From contig CM060733.1 of the NCBI GenBank assembly GCA_030704615.1, forward strand, positions 5,270,001-5,334,000: a stretch of DNA of 64,000 bases, read 5' to 3'. This DNA comes from Takakia lepidozioides. Its lineage: Eukaryota; Plantae; Bryophyta. Every line of letters starts with the position of its first letter. The stretch's first letter is position 1. Below the pieces are notes generated by a model. The model was not told the origin of the DNA. It saw only the letters and a list, made by a program, of their open reading frames with translations, and did not search any database. The translations under genes and the position numbers were made by a program. Of the stretch, positions 26,050 to 34,990 are shown one piece after another.

Positions 26050-27279
26050 TCACAAGCGATGAGGTTCGTTTAAAGGCTGTTTGCCCCTCTGTTCACGTTG
26101 AATACGTTTGTCTTCTTCAATCATACCAGGGACAAGAGCGGCATAAGTGCAGAAGCGAGTCCAGTGCTCCAGGGACCCACAAATGAAACAGGCCACACGT
26201 TTACCTTGTACCTCATACCGTGGGCCAGTCTGAGTGTGGCCACGATGAGAGTCAGCCAGAGGAGGCTTGACAGGTGCAACCCTCCAGGATCCTTCTGCCC
26301 TCACAGCCTGAAGCTGAGTATGCAGCTCTTGTTGTAGGTTTTTAACTTCCTCCAGCAATGTGGGAGAGGCCTCTGTAGAGCCACCCTTAATCATGGCAAC
26401 CCCATGAGAACAGTCGGAAACATGCTGAGGAGCAGAATGAACAACAGGCTGACAACCTTTGCCTAGTTTAACATTCTTAAACCGCATGCGCTCATCCATC
26501 ATCTCTACCATATGCCTCTCATTGTGATAAGGATGCTTTTGTAGGTAGACTTGATCAAAGGCAGGCAATCCAGTAATGAAGTAGGTTTTAAGAATGGCAG
26601 TGCGTTCAGAGGGCACCGGAATGGCCTTGACCACCGTGGTTTTCAAGTCAGTATAGTATTTCCAAATACTCTCACCAGGTTGATAAGGACGATCGGGCAT
26701 GGTGTAATTGATGGGCATGTCTACACGAAACAACTGAAGCGCCAACTGCTTGGCCACTCCCCATCGCAATTCACCCTGATCTTTGATACTAGCTTCAAAG
26801 AGGTCACGAGCCTCACCTTTGAGACAAAAACGAAAGGAATCAGTAATCATAGAAGCTGGCAGCTCATTGAATTTGACGCTCATCTCAAAAAAATTGAGAA
26901 AGTTATCAAAGTCTTGGCCTACTTCATAGTCATGATAAGGCCGTTTGTGAGCACGTTGAATTTCCTTGAGCTTGGTAACTGAAGGCGAACCTACTTGTTT
27001 ATCCAAAAAGAGCTGCATAAGAGCTGGACAACTAGACAACGTAGCCATAACATCACAAATGCCCTGAATATTTAGGTTAGGCACATTACCAAAGGCTGGA
27101 GGGACCCCTGGGGTCGGACTGGTATTATCACCTGGCCGTGGCTCCTCAGGAGACAAAGTTTCAGACATAGGATCAGGAAGAGCGTCACCATCATCTTTCA
27201 TAGCATCAGTAAGATCCACATCATGCAACTCATCTAGCACATTCTAGGGCTCCTTGCCAGACCGAGTAGTGACAGGCAT
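26050..27279 (-). CDS. gag with CCHC zinc knuckle; probable original start MPVTTRSGKEP followed by an in-frame TAG at 27246-27244
   Basis: CFICGSLEHWTRFC knuckle, capsid-like region (LKGEARDLF, YQPGESIWKYY, FITGLP). The ATG at 27279 is in frame with the ORF starting at 27240. Confidence 0.88.
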
Positions 27280-27320
27280 TGTAGTTGGTCGTGTTTAAAA
27301 AAAAACAAAAAACAAAGTGG

Positions 27321-28247
27321 CTACCTTCCACTGGAGGATCGTGCAGGACGCAATTTGGACTCCCAGTCCTTGATACAATAGCCACTTATGAACCTGTGTT
27401 TGTGAAGCATGTAAACACCTTCACCCAGAAAGTGCCACAGCTCTTTGACCACTTTGAGCCAGAAAGCCACGCGAACTATGGAGCGAATAAGCTTTACCTT
27501 GGCAAGCAGTGTGTGCACTGGATAATCAGTAACAGGAAAGCCAGGCAAGTAGTAACCCAATCGTTCTTGTCTAAACACAAGAGCAGGGAAAATCAAAATA
27601 TCATGCACAGTATGAGGAAAGCGAGAGACGGAAATGCCTGCGACATGGTCATCCCAAGTGATGTCCACATTGTAGTCAGGTTTCCAGGTAGGCCGCAGGT
27701 TGGCCAAGACAAGTGAACTACCACCTTTCACCAGCTCCCACAGACGATGCGCACTGGGTAAGTTGGGCGGAAGGAAGTTCTCACACTCGCCAGCAACCTC
27801 CCCAGCTACGGTGAATTGCGGAATACCAAGTTCAGCCCACGACAGCCGACAACCCTGCAAGAGCTTGTCTTTGGCCTCAGGTAGTGGAAGCTTGCGAGCT
27901 ATCTCCGCAGCAAAGAGTCGCTGCAGGGCCTTGGCCACTCGGGCCCCTTCAAAGGCTTGGATACACTTCCGCCGCTGCTCCGCTTCTTCTTGCGGGGTGT
28001 GGGTGGGCTTCAAACCCTCCAACGCAACGGTCAACTCAAACTGAGCCACCCAGTGATCAGAAGGGGTGTCAAGGACTAATTCATAGCGTTCAACAGCACC
28101 AAGGGGCCGATAATCAACTTCAACCACCAGACTAGGATCAACCGAAGCACGCACAATGCTAGCGAAAATCAACTCAAAATGACCAGCAGGAGTATCCTTG
28201 TACTCCTTGAGCTCAGCGGCAGTGGAAGGATCAGAAGACGAGGCCAT
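27321..28247 (-). CDS. Extra ORF (ORF0, ~308 aa) of unknown function between PBS and gag
   Basis: Uninterrupted frame (27321-28388), likely start MASSSDPS at 28247. It lies inside the element, on the same strand as gag. Confidence 0.7.
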   Translation of the reverse strand: MASSSDPSTAAELKEYKDTPAGHFELIFASIVRASVDPSLVVEVDYRPLGAVERYELVLDTPSDHWVAQFELTVALEGLKPTHTPQEEAEQRRKCIQAFEGARVAKALQRLFAAEIARKLPLPEAKDKLLQGCRLSWAELGIPQFTVAGEVAGECENFLPPNLPSAHRLWELVKGGSSLVLANLRPTWKPDYNVDITWDDHVAGISVSRFPHTVHDILIFPALVFRQERLGYYLPGFPVTDYPVHTLLAKVKLIRSIVRVAFWLKVVKELWHFLGEGVYMLHKHRFISGYCIKDWESKLRPARSSSGR

Positions 28248-28415
28248 TGCGGCAAGTTGCAGAAGTGTAAGCATATACCGTGAAAGCAAGGAGCAAGCAA
28301 AAACACGAGCGAGAACTGAAACAGTAGAGCGCCGCCATGGTAATAGTGTCAACGTATAGCTACCTGTCGTACAAAGAAGAATGTGCAACTAATGATTAAC
28401 GAAATCTTGCAGCCC

Positions 28416-28426
28416 CATCTCCACCA
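28416..28426 (-). promoter_or_regulatory. Primer binding site complementary to the 3' end of tRNA-Ala
   Basis: TGGTGGAGATG directly after the 5' LTR, complementary to ...CAUCUCCACCA of plant cytosolic tRNA-Ala. Confidence 0.75.
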
Positions 28427-28623
28427 AGATTCTTTGCCACCCCGTTATTCCTCTTCCTCTCGGGGTATTGAGCTATAAGGGGGATATATGCTTGGTAAAG
28501 CAGGCTAGCGAGATAGGCAAGATCCAACGCAGAGGAGACAAAATCACTTACACAGCCTAACAACACATCCTCACTCACATCATTTTTATCCAAAAACTCC
28601 CACACAAGTACAATAGGGTTTCA
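28427..28623 (-). repeat. 5' LTR (shared 197-bp segment)
   Basis: Begins TGAAACCC on the minus strand and abuts the PBS; direct repeat of 20957-21153. Confidence 0.9.
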
Positions 28624-29784
28624 TTATTGTAAAGTAGTTGGAGAGGGGTATGAGAAATAAATTGGTCACTTGCAAAAAACTCTTTTTTACTTAATCGAGA
28701 CCAAATGTGTGTGTGGCGCGTGCGCGTGTGTGCGCGTTCTATTTTTTTTTTTGGGTTTTTCTCCATCGTCGCCATAGGGGCCACATGTAATTTCTACCCA
28801 GCGCCTATGTAGTGGTGGGAATAATGAGGTCGAAGGATAAGAAAATCGGCAGTATAACAGGTTGATATCATACCAGGGACCGCGTCCCAAGAAACCAGAC
28901 CATTTTAATACCTAAGTGAGGAATTGCCAATTGTTTTCAAGGTTGATATTTGGCGATTTTTTGCTAGCCTAAAAATTTAAAAAAAAAAACACTACCAAAG
29001 TGGAATTGATATTTGTAAATAGTCTGTTGAACAAACAATGACACGATTATCATCTCCAAACTCGTCCATGAACCACAATTCAGAGTGTACGAACATCAAT
29101 ATGTAGCTCATAAAAAGTTTTCGAATAAAAGTGGATTTGAATCATTTCAGTCAGTTCTGCATTACATGTTTGTAAGAAACATGTTGTACTTGACAACATA
29201 GATCTTTGGATGATATTGCATAATGCAACAAACAAGCAATCGAATTAAATAACTAGGCTCTAACAATATAATGGCCCTAATTACGTACACATTGCAAATG
29301 TTGAGGTTTTAGTACCAGATATATACACATATGCATATGTATATTTTTTAAGAAAATAAATCATGAAATTTGATATAAAATTTGGCTAGATGGGTTCAAA
29401 GTATTAATTCGTATAATGAGAATTAAGATCCTATAATAATGAAGAATATCAATGTATTAAGCAAGGTAGTTTGCTTTGTGTGTACGTTGCAGGGATCACC
29501 TAAACCACAAGGTCTTTGCCCAAGTTCTTGATACTGTTGGAAAGCCCTCAATGAGTAGGGGTGCATCGAGATGGTTTCATAATTTTTGGACCTCAGTGCA
29601 AGGTGGCAGATATTGAAATTCAAGTATTTTTTTGTCATTGAACATTTATGAGAAATAAAAAAAAACTAGGTTTTTTTCATAATATAAAACGATGGTATAA
29701 TATCTGCTTAACGGTAGAGCCACACTAGTCATATATTAAGTTTGGTAGTTTGTTTTGTTTTGATTTGTATATCACGTTGGGATC

Positions 29785-30021
29785 GAATGTTAGAGGCGGT
29801 GCTCATACCCATAATATCCGAGGTTTGAAAGATAATATCAACCTAGTATCACCCAAATACACTGCACTTCTACTACGAGCCTTGCACTTCACAGCTATTA
29901 CATCATCACATTCCTAATCCTCAATAAACGTAAGATTGACAGTGGTCAGCTAGCCACGGGGTGATAGGTTATGGTGCGGATAGAGCCCACCCCTGAAAGG
30001 GGCAGTACCCGCAAGGGGAAG
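29785..30021 (+). mobile_element. 3' end of a divergent RLE-type LINE (copy 1)
   Basis: Translates VRGGAHTHNIRGLKDNI...LLRALHFTAI.../LILNKRKID, aligning with TRGDIHNASINDLHDNF...FKAIHLTTF...IIINKRQLE of copy 2. Followed by the same structured 3' motif. Confidence 0.65.
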
Positions 30022-30024
30022 AGG

Positions 30025-30237
30025 TTTTTTTGTGGGAAACACCTAGGAGTGACAGCTCACAAATCAGGCCCCTTAATAGTGAGAGGAGAAAATAACATCT
30101 TTCACAGTAACCCGCCATGAGGCGTAGGAATAGGGCACCAGCCAGGAACCATACCACACCCGTCAGTAGCAAGATTTGACCCCAGAATCGTCTGGGTAGC
30201 ACTCAATGCACCTAACCAAGCTACTGACTGTTGGTGA
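30025..30237 (-). mobile_element. tRNA-derived SINE, family A, copy 2
   Basis: Shares GCTCACAAATCAGGCCCC...GAGGAGAAAATAAC...GCCATGAGGCG...ATACCACACC...GATTTGA.CCCAGAATC with 16216-16488; A7 tail. Confidence 0.8.
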
Positions 30238-30244
30238 CTTATTT

Positions 30245-31210
30245 ACAATAGCTTCGGTTAGCATCATATATATAAAATCTGCCAGACACTTAAATTCAGA
30301 TACGCCCAATATATAGGTCACCAATGCAAATACATTTTTCTGGCCACATCTCTATCCATCACCTTACTGCCCACTGTGCTCCACAACTCACAATGCACGT
30401 GATACCTGGCCGCACCTCCTGAGCCAGTGCACGCATCCGGTCATCCATGGTCTTCATATCACTCGACACAACCAAGCAGTGTGGCATCTCCACAAACTAT
30501 TTACAAAACGCGCCGAAACCCGATGGTTCACACTCATTAACGCCGGTACCTTCCAAGGGAGGCCACCAGACCACACTGTGCCGCCATGGCTTCTACCATG
30601 CACATGCACTCGAATACCCTACTCATGCCCCGCCCGGCTCTGCCCGGACATACTCATAGGGACTACCCGTTCAAGCCTCGCCACCTACTTCACCATCCCC
30701 CGCAACTCATCATCCACTTTATCGAGTTTACATTCTGCCATGATCGATACCCCCACGATTCAATCTTGGAAAAACGACAAAAATACGCCCCACTCATTCT
30801 TGCAATTCGTTGGCAAGGATGGAAGACTGGCCCACTCATAGTCATCACTGCCAAAACCCGAGGCGACATACACAACGCTAGTATCAATGATTTACATGAT
30901 AACTTCAAAAAATCCATTCTCCCAATCCATCAATGTTTCAAAGCAATCCATCTTACAACATTCCGTTCCCTAACAGCCATCATCATCAACAAACGCCAAC
31001 TCGAAGCTAGCCCCTCTAGTGCACCCTGGGTCCCCCAGGGCCCCCCTGGGAACTCAGGGGGTTCATAGCATCAAACTCCCCTCTCTCTCTCCTTGGTTAC
31101 CTAGTGTCCCACATGACACCCTTCCTATTATAGGAGCCACCCCCGAAAAGGGGCAGTAGCCGTAAGGCGAAGTGGTTCTTAGTTACGACAGTTCTCTCTC
31201 TCTCTTCTCT
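30245..31210 (+). mobile_element. 3' fragment of a non-LTR retrotransposon with restriction-like endonuclease (RLE), Dualen/RandI-like; frameshifted
   Basis: LKFRYAQY; CPLC...DTWPHLLSQC (CCHC finger); RHN; RLCPDIL; IHFIEFTFCHD; KRQKYAPL; GW; stop at 31068; then a structured 3' UTR and (TC)n tail at ~31192-31210. Confidence 0.85.
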
Positions 31211-32032
31211 ATATATATCTATATAGGTTGGGCTAGATGCAAGGTTTTAATATTAAAAATTAACAATATATAAGGGAAATCGCTCCTTAGTTCTATTTGG
31301 ATTGAGGAGGTCGACTGTCTCAGGTCCACAGCCCAGCTCCAGTTGCACTACTTCCCACATTCCTTGTCCCCCAGAGCCAGGATTCTCCTTCACGACTTGT
31401 CGTGTGTTAGGCCTTATGGCAGCCCTCGAGCATGTAAAGGGTTTAATTTTTTTCCTTCAATAATTCAAAATAATTTGTCAGGGCCGCTACCCCTGTTAAA
31501 AAAAAAGAAAAAGAAAAAAGGAAGGAGATTAAAATCGGAGAGTTTTAATATGATAAATGCTATTTAAAATATATTTATAATCTTATGTTCACGTGTTGAT
31601 GCCATTTTGACAGTTATGTTTTGTAATTATATTTATTCCACAGTACATGTACAATCATAAATTTTGAGATTATAAAATTTATAGGAATATTTGTTTGTTG
31701 TGAAATGCCTGACTCAATTCTACTCGTGGTCACGTCCAGGTAGGCCTCGTAATTCAGCTTTAAAAACCATCTTGGCTGTATAATCGTATAATGGTCTATT
31801 GTGTTTTCGCATACATTTTTTGTGCTCAGAGAAAGTTGTCTACCAGCCCTCTCTCACATGGGGTTAAGTTCCTTTACAATTTTACAGAGTCCCTTCGTTT
31901 CTTAGGGCTCATACAATAGACCACTACATGTAGCCTATGACTCTAGGAAACGTAGAACCGGGCCACGGAATCTAGGACGTCAACTATAGAATAACATATG
32001 ACGATACCCGAAATTTTGGAAGAGGTCCGGTC

Positions 32033-32865
32033 CAGTGTTGGGCGGTTACCCCGCGGGACGCAGGGTTAACCGCCTATTCAGGTTAAACGGACCGGAACCG
32101 GCCAATTCCTCCAGAACCTGACCCGGAACCTGCCAATGGGGATCGGCGCAGAACCGAACCGGCGGTTCCTATTGGGTGTGAGAACTAGAGAACCGGGGCG
32201 CATGGGGATAAAAACAGGTTCCGTTCTTGAACCCTTGGTGGGCCCTTGGCATAACATGGCATAACCCTCGAGAGCCCCATGACAAAACTTCTTTAATGCT
32301 CTCAAACTCCATGAGATCCTGGGTTCAACGCTTGAAGGCCACGAGATTCTATGTTCAATGCTTTAGGGCCATGAGATCTTGGGTGCAATCTCCAGCTCCA
32401 TGATATCCTGGCTAAGTTCATTAATCAAAATGTTAGAAGATGCCAATACCTGCTAGACAGCTGAATAGTAATTTCAACCCATAAAATTTTACCCATTTTC
32501 TTCTACCAGTTTATTTAGAGTATTATTGTTTATTTATTTTTGTGTTAGTGAAAACTAATAAAATCGTTGGATTTTAGTTCAAATATATGAATACACTACT
32601 ATTTAATCTCCCGGACCGTTAAAATATTTTAAATATAATTAAATTAAACAAATATATTTTTAAAATAGAACCGGAACCTAACCTCGAACCGGTGGTTTTT
32701 ATCAGCAACTAACCAGTAACCGGAACCGCCCACATGTTTAAAAGTTGGATCCGGAACTGGACCGGAACCGGCTCAATAAAAAAAACCCGGAACCGGATCC
32801 GGAACCCTCTCTTGAAATAATAGTGGAACCGGAACGGAAGGTTCCTCAAGAACCGCCCAACACTG
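32033..32865. mobile_element. Non-autonomous hAT-superfamily element (MITE), 833 bp
   Basis: 15-bp TIR CAGTGTTGGGCGGTT / AACCGCCCAACACTG, 8-bp TSD GTCCGGTC (32025-32032 and 32866-32873), many subterminal GGAACCGG motifs and an internal ~29-bp tandem repeat (~32310-32410). Confidence 0.93.
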
Positions 32866-33344
32866 GTCCGGTCTTCCGGTCCCCCTGCATGCATGGCCCT
32901 TTTGCTGTTCCATAGCCATGCCCACACACATAACCGGCAAATGGCAGAGCGAGACGTCATCGATGCTAACTTACACCGACTGGTGTGGCTATTGCATTAT
33001 CCCTTAATGTTTGTAAGGTTTTACGTGGCTCTGTCACTATAAATTGGCCCGTCCCCTGACATACGCTTTTGGTCAGCAAGTTGTCAAGTAAACTATCATT
33101 GGCATCTTTGGGAATTCGAGCTGAATCCAGCAGTACGTAGAGCCTTTATTACAACCGTATGCCACACGTGCTTACTTAGATTCCATGAAAACTCTTGGAA
33201 CTGACATGTGGTTTCCCTCATTTGTCTGCAAGTGCCCAGTCATATATTCCTGTCCATGTTGCCAGTTACATGGAAAAGCTCGTAAACAAGTAAAACAAAA
33301 AATTAAACCTCACAATTTATCTATTCATTTTTCTTAAATTTAAT

Positions 33345-33395
33345 TTTTAAACGGGAAATACCTGGGAGCGACAGCTCACCAATCATGCCCCTTAC
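33345..33395 (-). mobile_element. 5'-truncated family A SINE 3' end (copy 3)
   Basis: GGGAAATACCTGGGAGCGACAGCTCACCAATCATGCCCCTTA matches GGGAAACACCTAGGAGTGACAGCTCACAAATCAGGCCCCTTA at ~30034-30075; A-rich tail. Confidence 0.7.
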
Positions 33396-34990
33396 TAATT
33401 ATACACAATACGTTATACATACCCATAACCTAGCTTTCGACGCAATCTGCTAACGTGTCACATTCTGATTGTGTTTGAGCAGGCCTGCAACTAACCGTAG
33501 CCAGATAGATAGATGAAATACTGAACCTGATAGGTGATGACGAATTCATCCAGCTGCTCGTGAGGTCACCCTTTGCTCAGCAGTAGAAATATCTCAGGGG
33601 CCGTGATGCTCGGATACTCGGGGGATTATGTAGACAGGGCAGGGAAAATATCTGCGCAATCGATATGGGATAATATAAGACACGGAATAATGGTCGGACA
33701 GGGTGAAGCTGCCTGGCAGCAGTCACCGCAGCTGGACATACCAGGTACTGTGCTACAAATATCTGCCTTGTCCAACCCTGCCCGTCGGATGCGCCCTATT
33801 TTCTTGCGGCCTCTCAGGCTTCCACGTTCCCAGTCATGGGCCGTCGGATGCATCCGCACGAGAGCTCGATGACGTCGATGGATGGCGTTTGGAAGGAGAA
33901 TATAGTAACTGTTCATCCATCGAGATGTGGTGTGGACAATAGTAGAGAGTACCGCCTGCGTCCACGTCGCTGCCATCCAGCCGTCAATCGGCCGGTGCCC
34001 TGGTCAACGGTTGGACTATTAAACGAATGAAGTTCCTAGATCTTTCTTTCATCCGTGTTGTCTCATCTTTGTCTTATTGACTACCAGTTTACTTTTTATC
34101 TCTAAGAATAAAACATTACTTTTCCGCGACCTTATTCCAAGAGATAAATATTGTTCGCCAATATATTCCGTATTGAGGAATGAGCTTCGAGATAAAAATA
34201 TCTTAGGTGTACTGACCATTTAAAAAATAATGAGTAATGAAGATATGAATGGTAAAGATAAGGAAAATAACTTGCGAAGGTACAAGATGAAATCCATTTT
34301 ACATCCATAATGAACGACCCTCCCACTTGCGAGTTGATGAATGTGTGAAGTTATTCATCTGTCGAGGAGTAACGAGGAAGATATTTTGCGTGGCAAAAAA
34401 AATATCTGATGTGCACAGACTCTTCTCTCGTTGCAGAAGAATCTGAGGCTGTGTAGAGAGCAATCTGGTGTCTGAGAGAGGTGAAAGAGATGATTATAGT
34501 GTGCTAATGCATCTCGCAGGACTCACCTTTTGGCTGAGAATTTTACTGCTGAAAATTGCGGATTCAGGACTTTGATTGTAGAAAAAGTACTACAATATCA
34601 GACCTCTCCTTCCCTGCTTTGTTTGCGGTCTTAGGAGCAGTTGTCGATTATGCAAGGGTCTTATGGAAGTGTGAGCAGAATTTCATAACAGCTCTGGAGC
34701 ACATTACAGGTCCTACGACTCCCTTAGTTCTGCTGATCCTTGTTTCGGTGCTGTTCTTTGGAGGGCGACAGGCACGGGGCGTGTGGTCATGTTGGGGCTA
34801 TCCGCGAGACTGGATGTGGTAGACCTGCTCGGACGCTTAATGCCTGTCTTCAGCTTACCAGGTTGTCATCAAGAACTCAGCAGCAAAGGAGAAAGCGTGT
34901 GGATTTATGGTCCTTTGGTTGAAAATCTGTCTCTCTCAGTCTCCCTGACGCACTCATAATCACTGTGGAAAGAATCCACAGCTACTCATC

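Larger units (their letters stand above)
20957..28623 (-). mobile_element. Ty3/gypsy LTR retrotransposon (disabled): LTR-PBS-ORF0-gag-PR-dUTPase-RT-RNaseH-INT-LTR
   Basis: Two 197-bp direct repeats, domain order RT-RH-INT, and several stops and frameshifts in pol. Confidence 0.95.

Noticed and set aside
29983-31178. Hammerhead or HDV ribozyme, rRNA fragment, or Helitron end for the hairpin motif
   Set aside because: No CUGAUGA/GAAA core, no HDV double pseudoknot found, no extended rRNA similarity beyond the generic AGUA/GAA motif, and no CTRR terminus; the TSD and (TC)n tail favour a LINE 3' end.
32310-32410. CRISPR-like array
   Set aside because: Degenerate ~29-bp tandem repeats without unique spacers, inside a MITE in a eukaryotic genome with no cas genes.
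33500-34030. GC-richer stretch with several short ORFs
   Set aside because: No recognisable domain or splice-consistent model; may be a TE or gene relic.
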